Shown here: positions 11,656 through 25,503 of the stretch, in pieces
Layout: each line of letters starts with the position of its first letter
Numbering within the stretch: position 1 is the first letter of the stretch
Assembly (NCBI RefSeq): GCF_006345805.1
Contig: NC_043010.1
Location: forward strand, 26,474,001 to 26,538,000
DNA: 64,000 nucleotides
Direction: 5' to 3'
Source of the DNA: Octopus sinensis
Taxonomy: Eukaryota
Program-made: the position numbers and the translations under genes
Notes under the pieces: generated by a model
Databases searched by the model: none
What the model was told of the DNA's origin: nothing
Seen by the model: only the letters and a program-made list of their open reading frames with translations

Positions 11656-11962
11656 TCTTTTATTCTTTTATTTGTTTCAGTCATGTGACTGTGGCTATGC
11701 TGGAGCACCGCCTTTAGTCGAGCAAATCGACTCCAGGGCTTCTTTGTAAGCCTAGTGCTTATTCTGTTGGCCTCTCTTGCTGAACCACTAAGTTATGGGG
11801 ATGTAAAGACACCAGCATCAGTTGTCAAGCAATGTTGGGGGGGGGACAAACACTGACACACAAACATATACACACACACACATATGACAGGCTTCTTTCA
11901 GTCTCCGTCTACGAAATCCACTCACAAGGTTTTGGCCAACCCAAGACTATAGTAGAAAACAC
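11656..11962 (-). mobile_element. SINE family A, 3' part
   Basis: Reverse complement of the 16330-16723 body and tail; other partial copies at 3795-4012, 12440-12660, 33138-33370, 45600-45770. Confidence 0.8.
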
Positions 11963-12346
11963 TTTCGGGATTGATTAATTAAATAGCAGTTGCGTACTGG
12001 GGTTGATGTAACTGAGTAGCTCTCTTCCCCAAAATTTTAGGCCTTGTGAGTAGAAAAGATTATTACTGATGGCAATACAAATAGTTTATAATAACAACAG
12101 CATTAATATAGGTTGTTGCAGGCGTAAATCAGCATTATATAGCTATAGAATTAAAATTACATTACTCAAGGACACATTAAAGTGTCTATCTGCTAGAAAT
12201 AAGAGTTAAAACCCTCATTTGGGCCACCCAAAAATATTTACACTGAAAATAACAGATTCAACAGTATACATGCGAGTGAACCAAAAAAAAAAATCTCTCA
12301 TATACCTGTATGATGTAAAGCTATATATTTAATGGAACAGGTATAT

Positions 12347-12397
12347 ATGTGGACCGGTTTCTGGTTTGATACAAAAATCTTATCTTCTTCAGCACAT
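12347..12397 (-). ncRNA. Hammerhead disrupted by a 6-nt duplication
   Basis: AUGUG-CUGAAGA-A-GAUA..UAUC-[AAACCA]-GAAA-CCGG-UC-CACAU. Confidence 0.55.
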
Positions 12398-12789
12398 CTT
12401 AACCCTTTCAAACATCAATATATACCAATGTGTGTGTAGCTTCATGTCTGTATTTGGTCCCCCACCCACTATCACTTGACAACCGGTGTTGGTGTGTTTA
12501 TGTCCCTATAACTTAGCAGTTTGGGAAAAGAGGAACATTGAATAAGTGGTAGGTTTAACAAAAAATAAGTACTGAGGTTGATTCATTTGACTAAAAGAAT
12601 TCTTCAAGTGGTGCCCCAGCATGGCTGCAGTCTAATGACAGAAGCAAGTAAAAGATAAAATGTTCACTTCTACCTCAAATCTTTTATCTTTTATTCAGTT
12701 ATTAAACTGTGGCCATGCTGGAGCACTGCCTTGAAAAGTTTTAATCAAACAAACCAACACAAGTACCTTTTTTTTTTATACAACTTTGG

Positions 12790-13364
12790 CCTAGGTCAAA
12801 TTCAGAGAAGAGCTAAAATTTGCCATGTTAGGAAGGGTTTTTAACCTTGTTAAGTAACCGCTTGGCACTGATCAAAGATTTGTGTCTTTGCTGACATGAA
12901 TTGACCTCTCCTCACTTCATACAATTTGTATCGAATCTCCTTATGCATCTCAGTTCTGATAATCCACTCTAACACCTGAAGCTCATTGGCAATGACCTTA
13001 ATTGCTTTTCTGGGATCATCATCAATAATATTTTGAGCCCATCAAGTGAATCATGGGGTCATTATATTGTCCAAGCATTTAAAATGTTATTTTCTCTTTG
13101 ATACAGTTGAAACATTCCTGCCAGAAGCTTCCAATTCCATTCAAACTTTCTGTTCTTAAAAGATCTTGTAACATTTAGAAATTTGACAATTTCTGAAATA
13201 CTATGTTCTACACGTTTCGCAACAATGGCTGCATGTCCTCTCATTTCTTTTGTTAGCATTTTATCTGCCATGGGGGAATGTGAAACATATAAAAATCAAT
13301 TAATTGGTTTGAGGAGAGTAATATATTGAATAATTACGTATGTTCAAATACTCCTTGCACCTTG
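12790..13364 (-). mobile_element. Tc1/mariner (maT-like) transposase 5' relic
   Basis: MLTKEMRGHAAIVAKRVEHSISEIVKFLNV; IDDDPRKAIKVIANEL; RRGQFMSAKT; TA-CAAGGTG terminus at 13364. Confidence 0.7.
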
Positions 13365-13452
13365 TATGTATATATAAACATATATACATATAAATACACA
13401 CATGTATACATGCATACACACACACATATTTATAAATACACATCTATATATA

Positions 13453-13494
<42 letters not shown>

Positions 13495-13809
13495 GCACAC
13501 AGAAACACTTTGCACATTGCAGCTGTGCTGCCTCTAAGAAATTCTAATTCTACAAACACACATTTTTTTCTGATTCTGTTATTTCATCCAAAGCAAGCAA
13601 ATTCTATTCTCTCCAGGAATTCCAATCTTCGATCATTGCCATATCCTGCAGTCATCATCACAATATTGGTATTTTCCTTTCCATTCCGGTAATGGTTACA
13701 TTGGAAGCTGGTGATTAAAAGCAGCAACATACGGGAGGATTCTTGGAGACAGAAATTCTCAAAGAAATATTTACTTAATGCTGTATCTTTATTGGAGTTA
13801 GAATATATT

Positions 13810-14020
13810 CCTCTTCCTCCTCCTTCTCCTCCTCCTCCCCATCATCATCATCACTATCACCGCCATTATCATCATCATCGTAATCGTCACCACCACCGCT
13901 ACTACCACCACTACCATCATCATCACCACCATCACCACTACCACCACCACCACCACCACCACCACCATCATCATCACCACTGCTACTGCCACCACCACCA
14001 CCATCACCATCATCACTGCC
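13810..14020. repeat. (CCT)n/(CAT)n/(CAC)n trinucleotide low-complexity tract
   Basis: Direct inspection; source of the poly-His ORF. Confidence 0.9.
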
Positions 14021-14524
14021 ATACATTCATGCATATATCACTTCCATACATAAACACTTACATCAACATACATGCATACACAAAAATACATATGCATATG
14101 CACACACACGCGCACACATAAACACTTGAACAAATATATGCGCATGTAAAAATAGATTCAAACATTGCATACATTCCGACATATGCACACACAAACACCC
14201 TCTGACATATATGAACACACACATACACACATATACAATACATGAGTAGATATTGGCATACATATGCACACATGTACACATACCTGCACACACACAATTT
14301 GTCTATACATACATGTAAAAATAGGATTGAACAACTACACATTCGTGTATAGTCACATATCCGGACTTGCTCAAATGCACAGCACATACACTCATGCGTA
14401 TAGGATACACATGTGCTAAACAGATTAAAAGCACATACAAACATATATCTACATATATAAACAGAACATATTCCAATTCTGGCACACACACACTAAAGCA
14501 ACACATTTGAATCCATATATGCAG

Positions 14525-14866
14525 TCACCACATAAACTGGCGCTCCATCGGTTATGATAACAAAAGTTCCAGTTGATCTGATCAATAGAACAGCCCATTC
14601 ATGAAATTAACAGACAAGTGGCTGAGTATTCCACAGACACACGTACCCTTAATGTAGTTCTCAAAGAGATTCAGCATGACACAAAATGTGACAAGGCTGG
14701 CCCATTGAATCACAGGTACAACTCATTTATGCCAGCTCATTTTGAGTGGGCTGAATCAACAAGAAGTAGAGTGTCTTGCTCAAGGACTCAACGCATCACC
14801 AGGAATTGAACTCATGACTTTATGATCATGAGCCAAACAGCCCGAACCACCAATCTATATGCCTTC
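14525..14866 (-). mobile_element. Diverged tRNA-type SINE
   Basis: gagttcaattcctgg B-box and ccttgagcaagacac motif on the minus strand. Confidence 0.6.
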
Positions 14867-14929
14867 ATGCACACTTCATATGCTTAAAATACAAAGTGGT
14901 TGAACTCCTTTCAAGCATTGGGTCTCATG

Positions 14930-15400
14930 GAGGCAATGGCTGAGACCTTTGGCATTATGTCATGCTTGAGATGAAGACCCATCAAGTCAAGCACAATCGC
15001 TGTGATGGTAGATACGGGTTTCACAAAGGCAATGATCCAGACCTTTGAAGCACCTTTCGAGCATTGGGACTCATGGAGGTAACATGGCTGAGCTCCTTTC
15101 GAGCTCACGGAGGCAATGACCAAAACCTTTGGCATACTTGAGAAGAAGACCCATGAAGCCAAGGAAAATCGCAGTCGTAGCAGATGCCGGTGTTATACAA
15201 ATGGCACCCATGCCAGTGGCACGTAAAAGCACCCATTACACTCATGGATTGGTTGGCATTAGGAAGGGCATCCAGCCATCGAAACCGTGCCAAATCAGAC
15301 TGGAGTCTGGTGCAGTCTTCTAGCTTTCCAGCCCTGGTCAAACCATCCAACCCATGCCAGCATGGACAACAGATGTTAAATGATGATGACGATGATGACT
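14930..15400 (+). mobile_element. 5'-truncated RTE-type 3' UTR copy with internal tandem subrepeats
   Basis: Repeated gaggcaatg..acctttggcat units, then ttggcattaggaagggcatccagc...gttaaatgatgatgac tail as in 20880-21335. Confidence 0.65.
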
Positions 15401-16329
15401 GTTACACACTCACAAATACTTTCTCCTCCAAGATGTTTTTCAAGAAACGACTTGAACTCCTGCAGTCCAAGATCCCAGATGAACCTACTTCATGACAAGA
15501 AATTATGAAGGGGACAGCAATATGAAACTCCTTCACCAAAAGTCAGTGACATGAGAATGATCATTTAAAAGATAATGATACTGATGGTGTTATAGATACA
15601 GACCCTGTATCTATAACTGTGCAACGAAATCTGTTCGTGTCCAATGGTTTAAACTTACAGCCACTTACAACATGTATCAAATCTGAACAAAACAGAGTTC
15701 CTTTAATGAGATACCTCTTATTACATCACCTGATGAGATGCTTCTGTACTAAGGGATGAACCACAACTAGTTGTATAGTTTCCCACCTGGGCGGGGGGGA
15801 CGATGTAGGATGTGTTCAAATGTTCGTTGTGAGCCATAAAGTTTCCTGTATATTCCATTTTCCATCTCTATCATTGGGTTTATACCAAACGTAGACTGAG
15901 GAATTCCTGAGGTGGATCCAGTGGCAATTGTGTAATTACCCTGGATGACATCAGGTAGCCATAGGCAGTGAACATGCTTTATCAGCATACCACTAAGAAC
16001 ATACTCAACACTTAAATATTAACTTTATATATATATATATATACATACATACATATATATATCATCATCATCATCGTTTAACGTCCGCTTTCCATGCTAG
16101 CATGGGTTGGAAGATTTGACTGAGGACTGGCGAACCAGATGGCTGCACCAGACTCCAATCTGATCTGGTAGAGTTTCTACAGCTGGATGCCGTTCCTAAT
16201 GCCTCCCTGTATATTTTTATGTTCCTTTCTGTCAAAGAGCATAGGCTCAAAATGTAAAAGACTTCCTCACTTCCTGAGTGTTAAACTAATACATCTGTTT
16301 GTTGTTTTTTTGTAAATTCTCACTATATA

Positions 16330-16723
16330 GGCGCAGGAGTGGCTGTGTGGTAAGTAGCTTGCTAACCAACCACATGGTTCCGGGTTCAGTCCCACTGCGT
16401 GGCATCTTGGGCAAGTGTCTTCTGCTATAGCTCCGGGCCGACCAATGCCTTGTGAGTGGATTTGGTAGACGGAAACTGAAAGAAGCCTATCGTATGTATG
16501 TATATATATATATGTTTGTGTGTCTGTGTTTGTCCCCCTAGCATTGCTTGACAACCGATGCTGATGTGTTTACGTCCCCGTCACTTAGCGGTTCGGCAAA
16601 AGAGACCGATAGAATAAGTACTGGGCTTACAAAGAATAAGTCCCGGGGTCGATTTGCTCAACTAAAGGCGGTGCTCCAGCATGGCCGCAGTCAAATGACT
16701 GAAACAAGTAAAAGAGTAAAGAG
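16330..16723 (+). mobile_element. Full-length SINE family A (tRNA-like head, internal microsatellite, CR1/L2-like tail)
   Basis: GGCGCAGGAGTGGCTGTGTGGTAAG...GGGTTCAGTCCC...GGTGCTCCAGCATGGCCGCAGTCAAATGACTGAAAC; more than 10 copies in the window. Confidence 0.9.
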
Positions 16724-16754
16724 ATTATCACTAACATATCTAAGTTTTATCTAA

Positions 16755-16801
<47 letters not shown>

Positions 16802-17189
16802 AATATGAGAGAAAGAAAATGGAATTCACAAGATTCTTTATTATTCACTATGATCGATTCGACCTGTCATGCATCAGTGCCTTGTGGTGAGTTGCTATAC
16901 AAACAGTTACGGTGCACATAATGCAAGTAAACTACTTCGAAGGAGATCCTAGTAATACAAATCTGAATCATAGGAAAAAACAACTAACACTAGAAGAGAC
17001 GTAGGCACTGAGACCATATTAGCATGCACTGGAGGAAGTGGGGGCGGGGAAATGGTAGCAGAAGAACCAACAGTTGAAGGGAAACAATCCTAACAAACTC
17101 TTTCACATGCATAGAAATAAAGGGACGAACAGTTAAGAAGAGCAGCACCAAGACTAATATCCATAGAGAATTCAGAAATCATCATCATC

Positions 17190-18600
17190 ATTGTTCGACC
17201 GTGGTTGAGACAATGGAATTTATCATGCTACGCCAGACTTCACGGTCCATCATAGCATTACGGAGGTCCTGTTGCTGATACCAGTATCCCTGGAGATTAC
17301 ATCAGGGTAGGAGAGTATGTGCCCTCTGGTGTTGCGAGTAGATGGCTTCCAGAGGAGAAGAGTAGAAATTGCCTCGTTTTCAGCTCTACAACAATGTCCA
17401 GCAAACTGGGCTCTCCTACATTTCATAAGAGATGATACAGGTGTTAGTTTCCCATATATTTGCATTTTGGTTGGATGATGCTTCCACGAGAGCTTTTGAG
17501 CTCTCATAAGGAGGCGAGTGTAGGTTCCATCCAACCGCCTCTCAAGCTTCTTTGATAATGTCCAGGTTTCTGAGCCATATAGTAGAATTGGTTCGACTGT
17601 GGCTTTGAAGATTTCAAGTTTGAAGTCTCTACTTAGATTTGATGACCAGATCTTATGCATGTCATTACAGGCTGACCAGGCCATACCCTTTCTAGTTAGA
17701 AAATCTTTTCCAGATAATGATATGTATGACCCAAGATATTTAAGGGCGTATTGTTGAGAGTATGGATGATGAAATCAATGTTGGACAGGCACTTGTTTAT
17801 ATATTCAGTCTTGGCCTCATTGAGGTAAAGACCTACACAATTTGAGGCTTGTTTGAGAGATTGTAAAAGAGACTGGGCATTGGAGAGAGAATTACTGATA
17901 AGAGCGATGTCGTCAGCAAAGTCAGTGTCTGTCAAGTATTCAGCTGGGTGTCTGGAACTTCTTCTAGGTTTTATTTCAAAGCCCTTGCCAGAAATAGTAT
18001 CAACTGACATACGTAGCACATAGTCAATGACAATGATGAAGAGAAATGGGGTGAGTGTGTTTCCCTGCAGTATTCCAGCTTTGATTGAGAAAGATGCTGT
18101 TTCTCTGTCAGGGGTTAAGATGGTTGAAGACATATCTGTGTAGAGGACCTTGATGGCAGAAATGATTTTGTCTGATATCCCATAGAGCTTAAGGATTTCA
18201 AACATCTTGTGCCTATCTACAGAGTCGAACGCTTTAGAAAAGTCCACAAACACCATTGCAAGGTCGTGATTAAATGCTTTTGATTCTTCAATAAGTCTGC
18301 ATAGGCATAGTATCTAGCTCAGCGTTGAGCGCCCATGTCTGAATTCATTTTGGTTCTTTCAGAGCAAAGGTTCAACAAAAAGGATGAGACGATTTAGAAT
18401 CAGTTTGTTGTACAATTTTGCAGCAATTGACATTAGAGATATACCCCTGTAGTTGGTGACAAGGGATAAATCGCCTTTTTGGGGTAATGGGATGATTTGA
18501 GATTGGTGCCAAATCTTTGGAGCTACAAAAGTGAAAAGTGTGTGGTTGCAAAGGTTGAGCAAAAGTGTGTGAAATCTATCATCCTTGACAGATTCACCTG
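17190..18600 (-). mobile_element. 5'-truncated RTE-clade LINE (RT domain)
   Basis: NYRGISLMSIAAKLYNK; FVDFSKAFDSVDR; GILQGNTLTPFLF; DTDFADDIAL; LLYGSETW; (ATG)n tail. Confidence 0.9.
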
Positions 18601-18609
18601 ACCAGAGGA

Positions 18610-19692
18610 AGAAAGAATAGGAGAGAGTTCTAGTGAAGTCAATAATACAATAAATAATAGGAATAGGCAAACAGGTCTATGCAACTGTGCTAAAGATAAA
18701 GTATGCCCATTGGACACAAAATGTTGAACTAAGAACTTGATCTATAGATGCAAAGTTACTTTAAAAGGAAGAGAATACATTTACATAGGGGCCAGCTCTC
18801 TTTTTCTCAAAAAGAGTCTAGCCAAACATTTAAATTTTTTTAGAGATAGGAAAAGAAGCTAAATAATATAAGTGTAAGTAAATTATTTTGGTCAATTAGA
18901 GTAAAAAACATTAGCTATTCTATTGATTGGGAACTAATTTGTACTGCTAAGCCTTATTGATTAGGGAGGAAATTGATGTGTAGAGGAACTTTACCAAATA
19001 TCTGCATCAAAACACACATTAATTAATACAAGACAGAAACAAGACCTAAGCTATTTGCATAGACATGGTAGGACCATTAAGAGATATAGGGATAACACCC
19101 CAACAACAATCAAGCTTGATATAACAAATAGAATAATATAACCTAAACATACAAATATTTAATAGCCATCATTAATAATAAAAAATCAAATACCCTACCC
19201 AATGTATAACACAAATCATGAGCAGCCCAACCCAAAGCATGAACATAAACAAACATGAACCCTTCACCACAAGCACTACACTAACACACACCACAATTAA
19301 AACAAAGAAAGAGCCTTACAAAAACAATAATGTCCACCATGAACTATTTTAGACCAAGCCCTAACTTTGGACAGTGACTGGTGTGAAGTTAAGGTCAGCA
19401 GGACATACCTATAAACCACAACAACCCCACCTCTCACAGAACACTAAGCAACAAAAATCTACTTCAATCAGTTCACTTTGAAGATGACCGAATGGATGGA
19501 CTCTGATGAAGCTGCACCGACAATAATGCAAGATTGCATTTGCAACAGTGAGTATTCGCTGCAGTGGAAATGTGTTGGTCATTATAATATCCTGCATATA
19601 TAACTATAAAAATTAATTTTGTGGATGTACAAGTCTCCATGCTCTTTGTTATTAATAGCTATATATGTGTGTGTGTGTGTATGCATACATAT
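18610..19692 (+). mobile_element. Penelope-like element relic: GIY-YIG endonuclease plus 3' terminal repeat
   Basis: CNCAKDKVCPLDTKC*TKNLIYRCKVTLKGREYIYIGASS...KHL...LFWSI...IDWELICTAKPY; hammerhead motif at 19499-19580. Confidence 0.8.
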
Positions 19693-19919
19693 ATATATAT
19701 ATAATATAGTGATCAATGCCAGTGCTAACTGGCTCCTGTGCCGGTGGCACATAAAAAGCAGCATTCGAACGTGGTCATTGCTAGTGCTGCACGACTGGCT
19801 GCAGCTGTAGAAACTTTGCTAGATTGGATTGGAGCCTGGTGCACACTTCTGGTTTGCCTGCCCTCAGCCCAACTGTCCAGCCCATGGCAGCATGGAAAGC
19901 AGACGTTAAACGATGAGGA

Positions 19920-21329
19920 TCATGTTGCTGATGATGCAGGCAAACCACAAATCCCTTCAAATAGATGGCCCTTCTTGATCTGTAGAAAAGGCGTAGGTAG
20001 AAACTCTATAAGATGTACCCAGTGTAAGCTATGGACACATAAGAGGTGCAGCAATATCAAAGGAAGGCTAACTGGGAGGATAGTTTTTGTATGTGGCAGA
20101 TGCTCGGGAGCAATAAATAACACTGAAAATGTGCAGAGAACAACTTCCGCCACATTCCAGGGAAAAAAACTAGAAGTAGTTGATAGGTTCTGTTGCCTAG
20201 GTGTCCAAGTCAGTAGCAGGGGAGGGTGCACTGAAAGTGTAACTGCTAGAATAAGAATAGCCTGGGCTAAGTTGAGAGAGCTCTTACCTCTGCTGGTGAC
20301 AAAGGACCTCTCTTTCAGAGTAAAAGGTAGACTCTATGACACATGTGTACGAACAGCCATGCTACATGGCAGTGAAACATGGACCGTGATTGCTGAGGAC
20401 ATGCATAAGCTTGCAAGGAGTGAAGCCAGCATGCTCCGATGGATGTGTAATGTCAGTGTTCATACTCGACAGAGTGTTAGTGCCTTGAGAGAAAGGTTGG
20501 ACCTAAGAAGCATCAGATGTGGTGTGCAAGAGAGATGACTGCGCTGGTATGGTCATGTGGCAAGAATGGATGTGGATAGCAGTGTGAAAAAGTGCCACAC
20601 CCTAGCAGTTGAGGGAACCTGTGGAAGAGGTAGATCCAGGAAGACCTGGGATGAGGTGGTGAAGCATGACCTTCAAACACTGGGCCTCACCAAGGCAATG
20701 ACTAATGACCAGGACCTCTGGAAATAAGCTGTACTTGAGAAGACTTGGCAAGCACATGTGAGACCATAACCTTGTGGCCTATGCCAAGGGTATAACCAGT
20801 CTACTTATGCGTGCCTTTCCTTCAATGGACACTAAACTCTGCTTGCGAAGACTTGTTGAGGCAAGTGAAATTGAAATCAAAATCAAATTCGATGACTGGC
20901 ATCTGTGCTAGTGGAGAGCTAAGAGTACCATACGAGTGAGATCGGGGCCAGAGCAACAAGCTGGCCTCTGAGCTGATGGCACGTTAAAAACACCATTCAA
21001 GCATGATTGTTACCTGCATCACCTTGCTAGCATTTGTGCTGGTGGCACGTGTAACAACATTCGAGCGAGATCGTTGCCAGTGCTGGTGGAACATAAAAAG
21101 CACCATTTGAGTGTGGCCGTTGCTTGTACCACCTGACTGGCCCTCGTGCCAGTGGCACGTAAAAGCACTTACTACACACTCAGAGTGGTTGGCGTTAGGA
21201 AGGGCGTCCAGCTGTAGAAACTCTGCCAGATCAGATTGGAGCCTGGTGCAGCCATCTGGTTCACCAGACCTCAGTCAAATCGTCCAACCCATGCTAGCAT
21301 GGAAAGCAGGCATTAACCGATGATGATGA

Positions 21330-21335
<6 letters not shown>
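19920..21335 (+). mobile_element. 5'-truncated RTE LINE with PHD-like Cys insert, 3' UTR with subrepeat array and (GAT)n tail
   Basis: CRKGVGRNSIRCTQCKLWTHKRCS..CGRC; VDRFCCLG; KGRLYDTCVRTAMLHGSETW; RLRWYGHV region; the same UTR at 57975-58692. Confidence 0.9.
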
Positions 21336-21368
<33 letters not shown>

Positions 21369-21460
21369 TAAAAAAATGGAGTTAACACAGGTGTAATCAA
21401 ATATTTTTACTTTCGACACATTTTTCCGTGTTAATTGTTAACAAGGTAAAAATACACTTA

Positions 21461-21526
<66 letters not shown>

Positions 21527-21529
21527 TTT

Positions 21530-22206
21530 CACATTTAACATTTTGATAGAAGATCTATTTTTCGTCATCAGTCACAAGTCTATCCAAAAAGGGTGAAATG
21601 AGTTTGCAAGAATGGAGAGAAGAGCAAATGTCGACTCGGGATTTGTGGTTGCTTTCGGACAATTCATGAGGCACTCATTTTCCAAGTTTAGGAAGCTTTC
21701 CAAGTTGTTGAAGATGATGATGAACAGTTGTATGGTTTGAACTAAGCCTTATTGCCAATTCTTCAACTGATAATGCAGGATTTTCTTAAAGTAATGCCTC
21801 AAAGAGCTTATCATCAAACTCAACTAAACATCCTGTTCGATCTTCATCTTCAAGGCTGAAATCTCCACTTCTGAATTTTGCAAGCCATCTTCTGCAAGTT
21901 CTTTCATTCAAGCATTCTTTCCCATAAACTGAGTGTATGTCTTGAGTCGCTTCAGCTGCAGAGTTTCCTTTTTTGTACTCATAAAGCATTATGTGCCTTA
22001 AATGCTCTTTGGATACTTCCATGTTAGAAAGGGTTTTAATCAAAGAAATTTTAATTGTATTATTCTGTAAAATAATATTTAATTAGTTTAAATGTACACA
22101 AATGCATAAAAATAATTTTAAATTCAATTAGACACTCTAAAATACTATTAAATTTCTTACAATTTTAAAAAAGGTAAAATTGGACAGAACTTATGGGATG
22201 ACCTGA
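21530..22206 (-). mobile_element. Mariner transposon 5' half
   Basis: TIR TA-TCAGGTCATCCCATAAGTTCTGTCC; HTH MEVSKEHLRHIMLYEYKKGNSAAEA..CRRWLAKFRSGDFSLED; VPHELS; LVTDDEK. Confidence 0.9.
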
Positions 22207-22234
22207 TACACACACACACACACACACACATATT

Positions 22235-23062
22235 CTTTTATTCTTTTACTTGTTTCAGTCATTTGACTGCAGCCATACTGGAACACCACCTTAAAGGACT
22301 TTTAGTCGAACAAATCGACCCCAGGGCTTACTTTTTAAGCCTGTACTCATTCTGTCAGTCTTTTTTGCCAGACCACTTAATTATGGAGATGTAAACGCAC
22401 CAACACCGGTTGTAAAGTAGTGATGGGGGTGGGGGGACAGAGACACAAGGACACATACATAGATAGATACATATATATACAACGGGCTAATTTCAGTTTC
22501 TATCTACCAAATCAAAACACAAGGCTTTGGTTGACTCAAGGTTATAGTAGAAGGCACTTGCCCAAAGTGCCACACAGTGGGACTGAACCCGGAACCATGT
22601 GGTTGGGAAGCAAGCCTCTTACCACACAAACATGCTTGCGCCTATATTCTCTCTTTACTTGTTTCAGTCATTTGACTGTGGCCATGCTGGAGCACCGCCT
22701 TTTGTCAAGCAAATCAACCCCAGGACTTATTCTTTGTAAGCCTAGAACTTATTGTTTCGGTCCCTTTTGCCAAACTGCTAAGTTACGGGGACGTAAACAC
22801 ACCAGCATCAGTTGTCAAGCGATATTTAGGGGGGGGGGACAAACACAGACACACAAACTTATACACACACATACATATATATATATAGATATACATATAT
22901 ACGACAGGCTTCTTTCAGTTTCCACCTACCAAATCCACTCACAAGGATTTGATCAGCCCGAGGCTATAGTAGAAGACACTTGCCCAAGGTGCCACGCAGT
23001 GGGACTGAACCCAGAACCATGTGGTTCGTAAGCACGCTCCTTACCACACAGCCACTCCTGCA
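22235..23062 (-). mobile_element. Two tandem SINE family A copies
   Basis: Two successive reverse-complement matches to 16330-16723. Confidence 0.85.
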
Positions 23063-23075
23063 CCTATACATATAC

Positions 23076-23601
<526 letters not shown>

Positions 23602-23604
23602 TTA

Positions 23605-24471
23605 CAGGGTGTGTGAGGGGAAATTGTTACTGTTCTATATCTTTAATTTTGCACATGTGCTTTGTTTTTGATTTTCTTGACTACACAGTATAGTAGGGTC
23701 AGTTGGGCACCATCTGCAAGAGAAAAAGCACCATGAGGCAATTCGCTCTGCCAGAAATTTGGAAACAACATGCTGTAATGCTGTGTATTCATGCTAGAAG
23801 CTCCAATGTGAACATTTCAGAGTGTTTGGGTGTCAATCTGAGTACATGTACGGAGAGTTGTAAAAATCAAACATTCAGTCAACATCATGGTGTTTGGAGT
23901 GATCATTATTAATGTTGACGTTATGCCTCCATTCATCTTCCCATATGATCTCAGGCTCAACACAGAGGCCTACATCAAGTGCCTGGAGGAGGTAATACTG
24001 CCCAGAGTCAAGAGGATGGGTGCTGGAAGACCCTGTGTTGGGCAACAGGACTCTGCACCATGCCACACAAGCAGGAGAACCCAGTCATGACTGTTAGACA
24101 GTTTCTGTGACCACATCACCCCTAACATCTGGCCACCTAACTCTACATACAACAGCCCCCTTGATTATTATGTTTGGGGTGCAGTTGAGCAAATGACCAA
24201 CAAAACTCCTTGTAACACTAAAAATGAACTGAAGGCAAGGATTATGGCAACATTCACCAACTTAAAGAAGTAGACCGTCCAGAAGAGTTAAAGAAGATTC
24301 CAAAGTCGTTTGGAGGCTATGGCTGAAGACAATGGTGTCTGTATTGAATAAATTTACTGTTTATTATCTGAAGATGTTTTTATGTAATTTTGGTAAATAT
24401 ATCTGTTAAAATGAGATGTCAGTGATATTTTCCTTTTTGCGTAATTTAGACAATTTATTCACTGCACCCTG
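23605..24471 (+). mobile_element. Internally deleted maT (DD37D) Tc1/mariner element
   Basis: TA-CAGGGTG...CACCCTG termini; QQDSAPCHT...WPPNS..PLDYYVWG with 37 residues between the second and third D. Confidence 0.85.
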
Positions 24472-24563
24472 CATGTGTGCGTGTGTGTGTATGTGTATGT
24501 ATATATATATATATGTATGTATGTATGTATATATATATACATATATATATATATATCTATATA

Positions 24564-24600
<37 letters not shown>

Positions 24601-24603
<3 letters not shown>

Positions 24604-24940
24604 TAATATTGAGGGGTCAGCAAAAGAAATGCATCACCACATACCGAAATTCAGAAATAGCAGCCAAAATCTAAGCCATTTCTTCTACTTAAAAAGGGTC
24701 TACCAGAGAAACCATAATACTTGAATCCTATTCATCCAAGCAGAGGGTAACGTAACGAAAATCAATCAATATTGATTGATTTTCGTTATGTTACCCTCTG
24801 CCTGGATGAATAGGATTCAAGTATTATGGTTTCTCTGGTAGACCCTTTTTAAGTAGAAGAAATGGCTTAGATTTTGGCTGCTATTTCTGAATTTCGGTAT
24901 GTGGTGATGCATTTCTTTTGCTGACCCCTCAATATTACTA
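24601..24940. repeat. 340-bp spacer-less near-perfect palindrome
   Basis: Centre ATCAATCAAT|ATTGATTGAT at 24770/24771; about 3 mismatches seen over 170-bp arms. Confidence 0.95.
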
Positions 24941-25045
24941 GAATTTACCGTATAACGGTCCTGCTTTCATACCGAATTCTATTTGGTGAAATTTATTGAT
25001 TACTTTGTAATTAATTAGCTTTACCCTTAATTGCTATATATATAT

Positions 25046-25130
<85 letters not shown>

Positions 25131-25360
25131 TTATAGATAGATAGATAGAAAGATAGATAGTGAGATAAAGAGATAGATAGATAGAGAGAGAGAGATGAAA
25201 AGACAGAGAGATAGATTCATTTAGCATTAATTCATTGTCTGTGTGTCTGCATAAGAGGATCGTTCAACATATAATTTGGTATATGTGTGTGTACATAAAG
25301 CTATGCATATATACATGGTCATACACACACACATATATACGTGCAATAAATGCATATACA

Positions 25361-25408
<48 letters not shown>

Positions 25409-25472
25409 CATCACATGCACACACGTCCAATAAATGCATATACGTCAACATCCCTTAATTTGTATGTATGAG

Positions 25473-25503
<31 letters not shown>

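Noticed and set aside
15530-15760. ~70-codon open frame (HENDHLKDND...)
   Set aside because: No start codon or credible acceptor in frame and no recognisable homology; adjacent to a CR1 3' fragment.
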